A stretch of DNA of 64,000 nt, from contig CAWIEK010000002.1 in NCBI GenBank assembly GCA_963835065.1, positions 128,001 through 192,000 of the forward strand, read 5' to 3'. The DNA comes from an uncultured Chthonomonadaceae bacterium (lineage in GTDB: Bacteria; Armatimonadota; Chthonomonadetes; Chthonomonadales; Chthonomonadaceae). Shown one piece after another: positions 9,222 through 20,504 of the stretch; positions within the stretch are counted from its first letter, which is position 1; each line of letters starts with the position of its first letter. Made by a program: the position numbers and the translations under genes. Under the pieces are notes generated by a model. It worked only from the letters and a program-made list of their open reading frames with translations, ran no database searches and was not told the DNA's origin.

Positions 9222-10952
9222 ATGTTCCGAAAAATCCTACTGGGCTGCGGCCTGCCGATACTGTTGGTTGCCATTATTGCCGCCGTTGCCGCGCGGCGAT
9301 TGCTCAAACCTGCGCCCGTGCCCGAACGCACCGAAACCGTTCAGCGCGGCGACGTGGAAATCAAAGTGGTGGAAACGGGGCAGATCGAACCCCTGCGCAA
9401 AGTGGAAGTGAAATCCAAAGTGGGCGGGCGTATCCTGCGCTTGTTTGTCGAAGAGGGCGTGACGGTGCGATCCGGGCAGATTCTGGCGACGATTGACCCG
9501 CAGGAGATTAACAGCCAGGTGGCCGCGCTCCGCGCGCAATTGGCCGCGTCGCAGGCGCGGCTTGCCGCCGCCCGCACCAATGTCGGCTACCAGCAGTCGC
9601 AAACCAGCACGGGCATTGACCAATACCTGCAAAACCTCGCGGCGGCAAAAGCGCGTCTGGAAAGCGCCCAGGCTGAGGCTACCGCGCAGCCCACGCTCAC
9701 GCAGCAAACCATTGACATCGCGCAATCGAATTTGGACGCGGCGAAGGCGCAATTGAAAGCGCAGCAGGACAGCCTCAATTTAATGGCGCAATCCACGCAC
9801 CCGAATACGGTTGTTTCCGCGCAGGCCACTTACGACCAGGCGCGTTCCCAGCACCTCAACGCGCTGAAAACCGTAAAGCGCCAGCAGCAGTTGCTTTCTA
9901 AAGGCTTTGTGTCGCAGCAGGTTGTGGATAGCGCGCAGGTAGACGCGGACGTGGCCGCGTCGCGCATGACCGACGCGAAAACGCGCCTTGACCGCATGGA
10001 GCAGACCAACACGCTGGAAGAAGCCAACCTGCGCAGCCAGATCGCCGCCGCGCAGTCACAGGTACGCCAGATGGAAGCCGCGCTCGCGCAGGCGAAATCC
10101 ACCACCTTGCCGGCCACCAAGCAGCATGATTTGGACAGCGCGCGGGCGGCGTATGCGCAGGCCAAAGCGCAATTGCAGCAGGCGAAGGCGGGCATCGCGC
10201 AGAATTCCATGAAGGGCCAGGACGCCCGCGCCGCGGAAGCCGAAGTGCAGCAGATACAGCAGCAATTAAACGAGCGGCTTGTCAATCAGGGCGATACCAC
10301 CCTTGTCGCGCCCATGACGGGTTTGGTCACGCGGCGCTACGCGGAAGTGGGCGACCTGATTACGTCCGCGATTTCCTCGTTTTCTTCAGGATCGCCCGTG
10401 TACCAGGTGGCGGATACGGGCACGATGCTGGTCAAACTCAACGTCAACGAAGTGGACATCGCCAAAGTAAAGCGCGGGCTGGCCGCCGAAGTGACGGTTG
10501 ACGCCGCCAAAGGCGCGAAGTATGACGGGCGCATACGCAAAGTATCGCCCTCCTCGCAGGCCGATGCAACGACGAGCGGCAGTAACAATCAAAACGTCGT
10601 GCGCTTTCCCGTCGAAATACAAATCACGCCCGACGCCAAGCGCCCGCCCCTGCGCCCCGGCATGAGCGCGCGCTGCGCCATCATTGTCGCCCGCCGCACC
10701 AAAATCCTGCGCCTGCCCGTCAACTGCGTCAGCGCAGCTGGCGACAAAAGCACTGTTCAAATCGTCACCAGCACTCAAAAGAACGGCGAAACTATCGAAA
10801 CCACGCAGCCCCGCGAAGTCGTTGTCGGACTGCGCGGCGATGACTTTGTTGAAATCGTGTCCGGCGTCCGCGAGGGTGAAAAAGTCCGCCCCAACCCCTA
10901 CGCCGGCCCCAAGCGCAAAGAGATTGACATTGATTTAGGAGATAAGCGGTAA
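9222..10952 (+). CDS. Efflux transporter periplasmic adaptor (MacA/HlyD-like membrane fusion protein)
   Basis: N-terminal TM, VEVKSKVGGRI, long coiled coil, APMTGLV, LRPGMSA. Confidence 0.9.
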   Translation: MFRKILLGCGLPILLVAIIAAVAARRLLKPAPVPERTETVQRGDVEIKVVETGQIEPLRKVEVKSKVGGRILRLFVEEGVTVRSGQILATIDPQEINSQVAALRAQLAASQARLAAARTNVGYQQSQTSTGIDQYLQNLAAAKARLESAQAEATAQPTLTQQTIDIAQSNLDAAKAQLKAQQDSLNLMAQSTHPNTVVSAQATYDQARSQHLNALKTVKRQQQLLSKGFVSQQVVDSAQVDADVAASRMTDAKTRLDRMEQTNTLEEANLRSQIAAAQSQVRQMEAALAQAKSTTLPATKQHDLDSARAAYAQAKAQLQQAKAGIAQNSMKGQDARAAEAEVQQIQQQLNERLVNQGDTTLVAPMTGLVTRRYAEVGDLITSAISSFSSGSPVYQVADTGTMLVKLNVNEVDIAKVKRGLAAEVTVDAAKGAKYDGRIRKVSPSSQADATTSGSNNQNVVRFPVEIQITPDAKRPPLRPGMSARCAIIVARRTKILRLPVNCVSAAGDKSTVQIVTSTQKNGETIETTQPREVVVGLRGDDFVEIVSGVREGEKVRPNPYAGPKRKEIDIDLGDKR

Positions 10953-10953
10953 A

Positions 10954-11043
10954 GGCATTAGGCATTAGGCATCAGGCATTAGTAAGGCTCACTCAACCCT
11001 AATGCCTGATGCCTAATGCCTAATGCCTAATGCCTAATGCCTG
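10954..11043. repeat. Inverted heptamer arrays (GGCATTA)n / (TAATGCC)n; one example of many in the window
   Basis: The same unit occurs at about 985-1053 and 39983-40078; analogous arrays with other units flank many genes. Confidence 0.9.
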
Positions 11044-11046
11044 CCC

Positions 11047-12299
11047 ATGAACTTCCTCTACTCCATACAAACCGCGTTTGACAACCTGCGCGCCAATAAA
11101 TTGCGGTCGCTGCTGACGATGCTCGGCGTGATTATTGGCGTCGGGGCGGTGATCGTCATGGTGGCGATTGTGCAGGGCGCGTCGGCCCGCGTCACGGGCG
11201 AATTCAAGCGGCTGGGTTCCAGCCTGATCATCATCTATTACGAACCCGACAGCAAGGATCGAAAGAATTCCACGCGCCGCCTGGACGGCATGACGATGGA
11301 CGACGTGCAGGCGATTGAGCAGCAGTGCGATATGATCAAGGGCATATCGGCGGAACTGCCCATCCCCGGCAACGGCGACAACGTGAAGCGGGGCGACAAA
11401 ACCATTGCGGGAACCATCAACGGCGTCCTGCCCGCGTATGAGCAGTTGCGGAACGCGCAGGTGGCGCAGGGGCGCTTTGTCAGCCAGGCGGACGTGGAAA
11501 CGTGGGCCAAAGTGTGCATCATCGGAGATAAAGTACGGGAGGAATTGTTCGGCGCGGCAAGCCCGCTCGGCCAGAACATCGAAGTCAGCGGGCAGAACTT
11601 AACCGTTGTGGGCGTACTGGCGAAAAAAGGCCGTTCGCTGGAAGGGGATGCGGACAAATCCATTTACGTGCCGCTGACGACGGTGCAAAAGCGGTATTTG
11701 GGGCGCGAACTCGTGGGCGTGATGTGGGCGGAACCCAAAGACCCGACAAAAATCAATCTGGCAATGGATCAGGTGTGGCAGAATTTAATGCGCCGCCACA
11801 ACGATACCCCCGGCTTCCACGTGGACAGCCAGGAAAACATTCTCAACAGCATCAACAAAATTCTGGCCGTATTCGGGATTGTTTTGGGTTCCATTGCGGG
11901 GCTTGCGCTGCTCGTGGGCGGCATCGGCATTATGAACATCATGCTCGTCTCGGTCACGGAGCGAACGCGCGAAATCGGCATCCGCAAAGCCATCGGCGCG
12001 AAACGGCGCGACATCGTGCTGCAATTCCTGATCGAATCGGCAACCGTTTCCGGCTTGGGCGGCTTGATCGGCATCGCGTCGGGCGCGGCCTTCGCGTACA
12101 GCATCGGTTACGTGACTTCGCTCATACCCTTCCATGACCGACCCGCAAACAGGCGCAAAGGGACTGGAAATTTACCTCGCGCCAAGCGTCTCGTCTGGGC
12201 GCGTTCGCCTTCAGCGCGTTCGTCGGCGTGTTCTTCGGCATGTACCCCGCCATCCGCGCCTCCCGCCTCGACCCCATCACCGCCCTGCGCCATGAGTAG
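11047..12299 (+). CDS. MacB/FtsX-type ABC transporter permease with two +1 frameshifts (about 12130 and 12194)
   Basis: [43 protein letters not shown]; the canonical end [20 protein letters not shown] lies in another frame and stops at 12299. Confidence 0.88.
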
Positions 12300-12430
12300 C
12301 CCGATTGCTGTTGCGCGATTTGGGCGAGAATTGTGCCTGATGCCACTTTGACAATACAGCCGTTTGTGGCATAATAAGCCTGTAGCAATGGGTTGAATCG
12401 CTGACAAATGAACAAGGCGGTAACTTTGCC

Positions 12431-12706
12431 ATGACACAAACCGAACAAGCCAATGATCGTTTTCTTACAGAAGTACGCCAGATTCCCGGTGTGCTGATTG
12501 CAAAGCCCTACGGCGGCAGAACGCCTGCGGAGCAGTCTATCGCCGTCGTCGTTCCTGCATTACGGACACCGACTTCCAGACAAGTATTTGAATTGGAAGG
12601 CGAAACCCTGCTTTCCTTTCCTGATGCGCGTTTGGAAGTTCGTGTCATTGGCCTCAAAGAATGTGGCGTGGACTCGTCTCAAATCGCGTCCATTTTGCCC
12701 AAGTAG
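12431..12706 (+). CDS. Small hypothetical protein, partner of the downstream HEPN-like gene
   Basis: 91-aa ORF ending 8 nt before the HEPN-like gene. Confidence 0.55.
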   Translation: MTQTEQANDRFLTEVRQIPGVLIAKPYGGRTPAEQSIAVVVPALRTPTSRQVFELEGETLLSFPDARLEVRVIGLKECGVDSSQIASILPK

Positions 12707-12714
12707 GATTTGCT

Positions 12715-13164
12715 ATGCCGCCGGACAACTTTTCTAAAGAGGCGAAAAAGCATGTCAGGGAAGCATGGCGCAACTATTGCCTGTACGAACGCTGGCTGGA
12801 ACAAGAGCCGAGTTGGGCATTGGTCTTGCTGTTTTACTCTGCGGTGCATCTCGTTCAGGCTCATGCGATAAATCTTGCTTCTACCAACCCGCGAATTATT
12901 GTTCCCGCAGATCATCTTCAGAGGCGGCGTTACATTATGGAGAGACTACGGCGTATTATCGCGGACTATGGAGAACTACAGGCAGCGAGTGAGCATGTAA
13001 GATATTCGCTAGTCAGGTACTCCCGTGAGGAAGCATTAAGTTATTACGCGGAAGAATTTTCCAGGGTCGTAGAAGATTTGCACAACAAAGGCGTTTCGTG
13101 GGAAATACGGCTGACAGCAGACGAGCGCAAGGCTGTCTTAACTGAGGTAAGCGCCCCGGCCTAA
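12715..13164 (+). CDS. HEPN-like domain protein
   Basis: WALVLLFYSAVHLVQAH, DH..R, YGELQAASEHVRY pattern. Confidence 0.6.
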   Translation: MPPDNFSKEAKKHVREAWRNYCLYERWLEQEPSWALVLLFYSAVHLVQAHAINLASTNPRIIVPADHLQRRRYIMERLRRIIADYGELQAASEHVRYSLVRYSREEALSYYAEEFSRVVEDLHNKGVSWEIRLTADERKAVLTEVSAPA

Positions 13165-13182
13165 ATCTGTTCCTCTTTGCGT

Positions 13183-13611
13183 TTATCTGCGCATCGATGT
13201 CACATACTCGTAATCGCCAGCCGGAGTAGCGGAAAAGGGCTTGTCCCAATCCTGTATCATCGCCTGCATCAAAATCTCAACCGGGATGCCTAAGCCTTGA
13301 TACAGATTGCGTATCATCTCTATGGTGAGAGGTTCGCGCCGCTCCAAAACTGCGACAACATGGCTGCGTCCACCGAGCAACTCATCTAAAACCTCTTCCG
13401 GCAATCCTCGGCTGTCAAGATGGTACTCTATGGCGGCAATCGGATCAGGCAGTTCAATAGGATAATGTTTTCGCTCGTAAGCCTCAACAAGCGCCATCAA
13501 AACCTCAAGACGGTCGCCTTCGGGCGTATCCGGTGTTGCCCCAAACAGCGCGTTTATCTCAGCCAGAGAGTGGTCATAATCCGCTTCGGTTTTGATAGGG
13601 CTGATGTTCAC
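13183..13611 (-). CDS. HigA-like HTH antitoxin, apparently orphan
   Basis: PIKTEADY..TPEGDRLEVL..LVEAYE..HYPI..PDPIAAI..LTIEMIRNL..LGIP. Confidence 0.85.
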   Translation of the reverse strand: MNISPIKTEADYDHSLAEINALFGATPDTPEGDRLEVLMALVEAYERKHYPIELPDPIAAIEYHLDSRGLPEEVLDELLGGRSHVVAVLERREPLTIEMIRNLYQGLGIPVEILMQAMIQDWDKPFSATPAGDYEYVTSMRR

Positions 13612-14391
13612 AGCAACTCCTTAACAAACATATCAGTTTGGGCGTGAGTGTGCTTTTATTATAGCATGACAACGCCGTTGCCGAAGAAATTCGATTGTTA
13701 TCGTCCGGGTCGGCGCATCTAAAATTCTCGACACGTATCCCGTCGTGGGTCATTCGCCACCAGTCTGCGCCTGCTCCCTCCTCCTGGTTGACTAATCCAA
13801 AAAGAACGCGCAAAAGTAGAAAAATATCTGCATAAACAGCAGAAACAACGAACCTTCTCTGCCTCTATCTCGTCTAAATACATACGCACGTCTACATAAT
13901 AGAGACTGCTAACTAGCCAGGTGGCGGGACGTTGAACGTTCGGAGTTCCTCTCAACAATGAACTATGAACTGCAGCAACTAACCCGGAAGGGAGGTGCTG
14001 GAAGATGCCTGGTCACTCTCCCCGTTCGCCCTGACGCTCACGAGGTCACGACGCCTCTTCCTTACAATTTAGACACAACGAGACAGCGGGCTGGAAGCGC
14101 TGCATTGCCAAGATTTCGACGCTGCCTCTACATACTCTTTTTCTTGTCTCGTTTAGAGGCGCCGGCCCTGTTCTTAATCGTGCTGTTCCGGCAAGGATTA
14201 TGCCCCGATGCCGCCTTGATAAAAGGAAAAGTATGTTGACAGGAATTCGGCGCGTGGACGGCGAATATACTTACCGGTGGCTTGCGATCAACAAAAGTCT
14301 CACAGGAAAGGCTCACAAGAAAGTCTCAACGTTCTTGCTGATGCGCTTCGACATTCGTTTCACTTCGACATTCATTGCAAAGGAGCAGTTC

Positions 14392-15270
14392 ATGCGCCGA
14401 CACTCTTCTACTCGTCCCGGTTTTACTCTGATTGAACTCCTCGTCGTCATCGCCATTATCGCGATTCTTGCCGCTATTTTGTTCCCCGTGTTCGCGCAGG
14501 CGCGCGAAAAAGCGCGGGGCGCGGCCTGCCTGTCCAATACCAAGCAGATCGGCAACGCCATGCTGATGTACGTGCAGGATTATGACGAAACCACGCCGTC
14601 TTCGTTCGCGTTCACCGACAAAACCCGCGTGGATGTGTTCATGGTCTTGCAGCCCTACATCAAAAACGTGCAGGTGTTTTTCTGCCCCGACAGGTCGGAT
14701 ACGAGCAATACCTGCGCCTTTGCCGTGCCTGCCGGGTATCCGGCCAATTCCACCAAATGCGTAGGGTATGGCTACAACTGGGGCTTTATTCCGTATGCCG
14801 GAGCCGGGCTGCTTGGCCCGTCTTATTACGCGGGCGACGGCACGGAAGTGGAACCCGGCGTTTCAATTGCGCAAATGGACACGCCCGCGCAACTGGCCGC
14901 GTTTTCCGATACCTACAATCTGCCCCGCTACGCTATGTCCGCCGTTGGCTCTCTTCTGGATGTTAATGCGCTCGGCGGCATCCACAACAACGGCGGGCTG
15001 CGTCACGGCGGCAACTTCAACGTCAACTTTATGGATGGACACGCCAAACTGGTACGCATCAAGGGCGGCGATATTCCCGGCTTGCCCTTGAAAGTCGGCG
15101 TTTCCAAAGACGACGCGATGCGGATCATGTGGTGCATCAGCCCCAACGCTACGGTAGACACGACCAACGCGATTTATAAAGGCTACGGCTATCCGTCCTT
15201 CGGTATGCTGCCGTGCAGTTCGGCCATCAAATTGCCGGAAGCCGTCGGCGTCAAATGGTGGGCGGATTAG
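14392..15270 (+). CDS. Prepilin-type N-methylation / H-X9-DG (DUF1559-like) protein
   Basis: [55 protein letters not shown]. Confidence 0.92.
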   Translation: MRRHSSTRPGFTLIELLVVIAIIAILAAILFPVFAQAREKARGAACLSNTKQIGNAMLMYVQDYDETTPSSFAFTDKTRVDVFMVLQPYIKNVQVFFCPDRSDTSNTCAFAVPAGYPANSTKCVGYGYNWGFIPYAGAGLLGPSYYAGDGTEVEPGVSIAQMDTPAQLAAFSDTYNLPRYAMSAVGSLLDVNALGGIHNNGGLRHGGNFNVNFMDGHAKLVRIKGGDIPGLPLKVGVSKDDAMRIMWCISPNATVDTTNAIYKGYGYPSFGMLPCSSAIKLPEAVGVKWWAD

Positions 15271-15317
15271 ATAATTTTCTGCCCCAACACCCAATACCCA
15301 ATACCGAACACCGCCAA

Positions 15318-16151
15318 TTAACGCGCCACGGCCTGCTTCAAAAGCGCAATGATTTCCGGCAGGTGTTGGTTGTGACGGGCGGCAAGGCGCGGATTGGGAT
15401 GCTGCGCCTGCCAGAGCGCAGTGTGGCCGAACCTGTCTTTGGCATGAACGTTGGCGTGATGCGCCAGCAGAAGCTGAACGCTGTCGGGACTGCGGCCAAG
15501 CATGGCCGCGTACATCAGCGCGGATTGTCCATTGCTGTTGACCGCGTTCACGTCCGCGCCATGCTCCAGCAGCCAGCGCGCCACATTGGTGTTTCCCATG
15601 CCCGCCGCTTGCAGGAGGTAAAACCCACGCGAGTTGGGAACCTCCACTTTTGCGCCATACTGTACCAACAGTTCCACGACTGCAACATCCCCGCCGCTCA
15701 CGGCATACGCAATCGGAGGCTCCTGCCAGTTATCTATCGCCTGTACATCCGCGCCCCGCTCTAAAAGGGCGCGAATGATGGCAAGGTTGGGATGGGGATT
15801 GATCTGAACGTAGGCAGGGTACGTGCCGGGATGCTGTACCGTGTACAGGGCCGCAAGCAGGGGCGTCGTATAGTCGGAAGCTGTATCCTTCTCATAATAG
15901 CGCTGCGCAAAATCGTTAAAAGTGGGGGCGGGCGGCGTTTCGCGGCCATTGGGATCGGCTCCGGCCCGCAGCATACCAATGGCGGCTTCGGTATCATTGC
16001 GTCGAATGGCTTCAAAAAGCGTATTGCGATGCAGCGTCAGGTAGATTTGCCGCCCGATCAAAACCACAAGCAGCAAACTCAGCGGAATAAACGGGCCGGC
16101 AACAGCCCAAACTCCATTGGACGTGGCAGTACGGCGCTTGCGCAAGGGCAT
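15318..16151 (-). CDS. Membrane-anchored ankyrin-repeat protein
   Basis: N-terminal TM; repeated LL..GADVN..G.SAL motifs. Confidence 0.88.
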   Translation of the reverse strand: MPLRKRRTATSNGVWAVAGPFIPLSLLLVVLIGRQIYLTLHRNTLFEAIRRNDTEAAIGMLRAGADPNGRETPPAPTFNDFAQRYYEKDTASDYTTPLLAALYTVQHPGTYPAYVQINPHPNLAIIRALLERGADVQAIDNWQEPPIAYAVSGGDVAVVELLVQYGAKVEVPNSRGFYLLQAAGMGNTNVARWLLEHGADVNAVNSNGQSALMYAAMLGRSPDSVQLLLAHHANVHAKDRFGHTALWQAQHPNPRLAARHNQHLPEIIALLKQAVAR

Positions 16152-16368
16152 AGGGAAACTCCTCCGAGGGCGACAAACCTTGACCAGAACATTGGCTGCG
16201 GTCTACAATCAAAAGACAAGTACGTTTGCGCATTGCGCGGGGTTACAGGAAGTTGCGGGTTCAGAGTTGAGGGTTGAGGGGAAATTCGTTCAGGAAAAGC
16301 AACGATTAGAACAATCAACACCCAACATCTGAACACCTGAATACCTGAACACCTTCCCGGAGGGATGA

Positions 16369-17430
16369 ATGACCGAAACGATGGGCGCGGCGGTATATCG
16401 CGGCATCAATGATATGCGCGTGGAAGCGGTTCCGGTTCCTGAGATCGGGCCGGGCGAGGTGTTGCTGCGCGTGGGCGTGTGCGGCGTGTGCGGCACGGAC
16501 TTGAAGAAAATCCATTTCGGGCTTGTGCCGCCGCCGCGCATCTTCGGGCACGAAATGGCGGGAACCATTGCGGCAGTGGGCGCGGGCGTAACCGAGTGGA
16601 AGGTAGGCGACCGGGCAGTGGCGCATCATCATGTGCCGTGCTTGCGCGACGATTGTTTTTACTGTCAGCGCCGCGTGTTCGCGCAATGCCCGACTTACAA
16701 GCGCACGGGCACGACAGCCGGTTTCGAGCCGGCGGGCGGCGGTTTTGCCCAATACGTGAGCGTCATGGACTGGTGCGTGGCGCGGGGCATGGTACGAATT
16801 CCCGATGAGGTTACTCTGGAAGAAGCCAGTTTTGTCGAGCCGCTCAATACGTGCATGAAGGGCGTACAAATGGCGGACATACGCGCAGGCGATACCGTAT
16901 GGATTGTAGGGCAGGGACCTATCGGCCTGCTGTTCACCCAACTTGCCGCCCGCAAAGGCGCAAGCGTTCTCGCCACCGATCATTTTCCATTCCGGCGCGA
17001 CAAGGCGCGGCACTTAGGCGCAACAATTGCTCTGGAACCGGGCAGTTCGGAAATCGCCCCAACCCTGCGCGAACTTTCCGAGGGGCGCGGAGCCGATTTA
17101 GTGATTGTTGCCGTACCCACAACTAAAGTCGTGCCGCAAGCCTTCGAGATGCTGCGTCCCGGCGGCAAAATTCTGCTGTTCGCCCACACGCGCCTGAACG
17201 ACCTGATGGAAGTGGACGCGGGAGCCGTCTGTATGCAGGAAAAAACCCTGCTCGGTTCCTACAGCAGCGACATTCTACTGCAAGACGAAGCCGCAAGATT
17301 GATTTTTAATCGCGAAATCAACGTGCCCGATTTAATCTCACACCGCTTTGGCCTTGAGGCAATAGGCGAAGCCATTAATGTGGCTTCTCATCCGCGCGAA
17401 ACATCTTTAAAAGTAGTTGTAAACTGCTAA
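16369..17430 (+). CDS. Zn-dependent medium-chain (polyol-like) dehydrogenase
   Basis: CGVCGTD, GHE, structural Zn Cys cluster, GQGPIG. Confidence 0.92.
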   Translation: MTETMGAAVYRGINDMRVEAVPVPEIGPGEVLLRVGVCGVCGTDLKKIHFGLVPPPRIFGHEMAGTIAAVGAGVTEWKVGDRAVAHHHVPCLRDDCFYCQRRVFAQCPTYKRTGTTAGFEPAGGGFAQYVSVMDWCVARGMVRIPDEVTLEEASFVEPLNTCMKGVQMADIRAGDTVWIVGQGPIGLLFTQLAARKGASVLATDHFPFRRDKARHLGATIALEPGSSEIAPTLRELSEGRGADLVIVAVPTTKVVPQAFEMLRPGGKILLFAHTRLNDLMEVDAGAVCMQEKTLLGSYSSDILLQDEAARLIFNREINVPDLISHRFGLEAIGEAINVASHPRETSLKVVVNC

Positions 17431-17512
17431 TCTCTATAGTTCAAGACAAAGGACGCCCCCCAGAATCATGGTAATCCGTTAATCCTGTAAATCCTGGTTC
17501 AGACAATCTACT

Positions 17513-18625
17513 ATGGAATTAGAACAACCAGCCACCAATCACCAGTCACCAACCACCAGTCACCAGCCGCCAGCCACCAACTCCATGCTTGCGGGCGTAC
17601 TTTATGGCAAAGAAGACGTGCGCGTGGAGCGGGTTCCCGTTCCCGATGTCGGTATGGGAGAAGTGCGGGTTCGTATTGGGGCCGCACTGACGTGCGGCAC
17701 AGATGTTAAGGTGTACCGCCGGGGCTACCATGCCCGCATGATTCAGCCGCCCGCTATATTCGGGCATGAGATGGCGGGCACGATTGAAGCGATTGGCGCG
17801 GAGGTAGACGGCTGGCACATCGGGCAGCGGGTGGTTATCGCCAATTCCGCGCCCTGCGGCATTTGCTTCTACTGTCGGCGCAATCATACGGAACTGTGCG
17901 AAGATTTGCTGTTCCTCAACGGCGCGTATGCCGAAACTATTACGGTTCCCGCCCGCGTGGTACAAAAGAATCTGCTGCCCCTTCCCGGCCATGTAACATT
18001 TGAAGCCGCCGCGCTGACGGAACCCCTGGCCTGTGTGGTGCGCGGCATGGAAGAAATGCCGGTGACGGCGGGGGAAACCGTTGTCGTGCTGGGATTGGGG
18101 CCGATTGGCTTGGGGTTTGTCGCGCTGTGCAAGCTGGCGGGCGCGCGCGTTCTGGCAGTCGGGCGACGGGCGGAACGGCTTGGACTGGCGGCGGAATTGG
18201 GCGCGGACGAGGTATTCGATGAGCGCGAACTGACGGACGCAGTTGCCACATTACGCGCCCGCACGGAAGAAGCGCAGGGCGCGGACAAGGTGATTGAAGC
18301 CGTCGGCAGTCCGCAGGCATGGGAAACTGCGATTGCCATTGCCCGTAAGGCCGCTACGGTAAGCCTATTCGGCGGCTGTCCGGCGAATACCAGTATTACC
18401 GTAGACACGCACCGCATCCACTACGACGAACTGACCCTCAAAGGCACGTTCAGCCACACGCCCGCCACGTTCCGCAAAGCGCTGCAATTGATCGCGGACG
18501 GCAGCGTTCCCGCCCACAAGTTCATCCAGCAACGCGCGCCCCTGTCCGACTTGCCCACCGTGTTCGCGTCCCTCGCCAACGGCTCCAATGGCGCCATCAA
18601 GACCTGCATCCTGCCGCCGGGGTAG
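17513..18625 (+). CDS. Second Zn-dependent medium-chain dehydrogenase (start may be near 17585)
   Basis: CGTD, GHE, CGICFYC...C, GLGPIG; the N-terminal extension is encoded by heptamer repeats. Confidence 0.92.
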   Translation: MELEQPATNHQSPTTSHQPPATNSMLAGVLYGKEDVRVERVPVPDVGMGEVRVRIGAALTCGTDVKVYRRGYHARMIQPPAIFGHEMAGTIEAIGAEVDGWHIGQRVVIANSAPCGICFYCRRNHTELCEDLLFLNGAYAETITVPARVVQKNLLPLPGHVTFEAAALTEPLACVVRGMEEMPVTAGETVVVLGLGPIGLGFVALCKLAGARVLAVGRRAERLGLAAELGADEVFDERELTDAVATLRARTEEAQGADKVIEAVGSPQAWETAIAIARKAATVSLFGGCPANTSITVDTHRIHYDELTLKGTFSHTPATFRKALQLIADGSVPAHKFIQQRAPLSDLPTVFASLANGSNGAIKTCILPPG

Positions 18626-18815
18626 GCATCAGGCATTAGGCAACCTTAGATATTAGATATTAGATATTAGGCAGAAGAGAAGAAGAGAAGAAGAGAAGAC
18701 AGAAGCCGCATCCACAATCGGCAATCGAAAATCGAAAATCGGAATCCTAACACCTATCCTTGCATCTTGCGTCTGGTGCCAAAATAGCCGTATAATAGCG
18801 CGGAAGGAGAGCAAC

Positions 18816-19091
18816 ATGAGCTTGACATTGGAACTCAGTCGAGAAACCCAAAACTGGCTGCAAACTGAAGCGGCGAAGCAGGGAGTTGATCCCGGCGAAT
18901 ACGCGCTCCAGCTGATAGAAAACAATCGTCCGCAGGCTCCTGCAACGCTTTCAACTGACGACTCAGAACGCCTCGCCGCTATTGACGCTGCAATGGGCGC
19001 TTTTACGCATGTTCCTGTGAGCAGTAAAGATTTTGCGTGTCGTAAGCAGGAAGAGATTGATTTGGAAGAAGCCAAATTTATGCGGCATTAA
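18816..19091 (+). CDS. Small antitoxin-like hypothetical protein
   Basis: MSLTLELS..L..EAAKQG RHH-like start; AAGGAG RBS. Confidence 0.55.
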   Translation: MSLTLELSRETQNWLQTEAAKQGVDPGEYALQLIENNRPQAPATLSTDDSERLAAIDAAMGAFTHVPVSSKDFACRKQEEIDLEEAKFMRH

Positions 19092-19169
19092 AGGCTGCTA
19101 TAATAATCAGTGCGTTCCGGCAGCAGGTACGCAAACAATGAAGAAGTAAGTAGATGAGATGAGGACGAA

Positions 19170-20504
19170 TTGGAGATTGTTAAAGATCGTTACGAGACGT
19201 GGGACCCGGAAACAACGTATGTGATCGGGCATCAGCGCCCGGATACCGACGCTATCGGCTCGGCATTGGGCTACGCCTGGTTTTTGCAGCAGATGGGGCA
19301 GGAGAAAGTGCGCGCTATTCGCGCCGGGCAGCCTGTGGAGCAGACGCGCTTTGCGCTGGAGCGGTACGGGCAAGCGCCACCGCGCCTGATGACCGGCGTT
19401 GCGCCCACGTTTGGGCACGTTGCCCGCCCGCAGGCGACCGTCACTCCCAAAGCGCCCCTATCAGAAGCGATCACGCATCTGGCGGCAGGCTTACGGGTTG
19501 TGCCGGTTGTGGATGATAACAAAGTTTGCTGCGGCATCGTCACGCCCCTCGCGCTGGCCCGCGCCGCATCCGTTTCGCTGTCCAATTCCACCAATCCGTT
19601 CAAGCAGCCGTGCGAGGATGTGGCCGAAACGGTTTCCACGTTTCATTCGCAGGATCGCATCAGCGACCACCGCGCCGCCCTGCTGCGCAGCGACGAGGAC
19701 GATTTTATTGTTGTGGATGGCGACAACTGCTTTCAGGGCATTGCCACGCGGCGGCGCATTTTGGAGCCGCCCCGCGCCAAACTGGTGCTGGTGGATCACA
19801 ACGAACTGGCGCAAGCCGTTGCGGGCGCGGACGAAGCCGATATTGTGGCCGTTCTGGACCATCACCGCCTGGGCAATGCGTCCACGCCTTCGCCGATTCC
19901 GTTTGTCGTGGAACCGGTTGGAAGCACCTGTACGCTCGTGGCGGAACACTGCCAGCAGCACGGGTTTCAGCCGCCGGAGGGGTTGGCGGGCATGATGCTG
20001 TCGGGCATCCTGTCCGATACGCTGGTCTTTCGCTCGCCCACCACGACCGACCGCGACATCGAAGCCGCCGCCTGGCTCGCTGACCTGAGCCGAACCAATG
20101 TGGAAATTTACGGCAACGAACTCCTGCGCGCCGCTCCCGGCCTGACCGCCCGCGACGTGGAGGAAGTGATTGACGCCGACCGCAAAAAGTACGAAATGGG
20201 CGGCAAGCAGGTCAGCATCGCGCAGGTGGAAGTGACCGGATTTCAGGAATTGCCGCAGCGCCGGGAAGAGATTTTCAGCGCGCTTGAGCGTCAGCGCGAG
20301 CGCGAAGGGTTGGCGCTGGCCTGCCTGATGGTGACGGATGTTGTCGAGGGCCTGAGTCATTTGCTGTGTCAGGGCGAAAACTGGATACTGGCATCCCTGC
20401 CGTTTGCCCGGCAGGGCGAAAACGAATTCGACCTGCACGAAATCGTGTCCCGCAAAAAACAACTCGTGCCCACGCTTGTCGCCGTCATGGAAGAGGGGAG
20501 ATAA
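19170..20504 (+). CDS. ppaC: Mn-dependent (family II, DHH) inorganic pyrophosphatase with CBS-like insert
   Basis: GHQRPDTDAI, LVDHNE, LDHH, PVGSTCT, ILSDTL, VSRKKQLVP. Confidence 0.88.
   Translation: MEIVKDRYETWDPETTYVIGHQRPDTDAIGSALGYAWFLQQMGQEKVRAIRAGQPVEQTRFALERYGQAPPRLMTGVAPTFGHVARPQATVTPKAPLSEAITHLAAGLRVVPVVDDNKVCCGIVTPLALARAASVSLSNSTNPFKQPCEDVAETVSTFHSQDRISDHRAALLRSDEDDFIVVDGDNCFQGIATRRRILEPPRAKLVLVDHNELAQAVAGADEADIVAVLDHHRLGNASTPSPIPFVVEPVGSTCTLVAEHCQQHGFQPPEGLAGMMLSGILSDTLVFRSPTTTDRDIEAAAWLADLSRTNVEIYGNELLRAAPGLTARDVEEVIDADRKKYEMGGKQVSIAQVEVTGFQELPQRREEIFSALERQREREGLALACLMVTDVVEGLSHLLCQGENWILASLPFARQGENEFDLHEIVSRKKQLVPTLVAVMEEGR

Noticed and set aside
13612..14391. 780-nt lower-GC intergenic stretch with short ORFs
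   Set aside because: No convincing gene, RNA motif or repeat could be supported by eye
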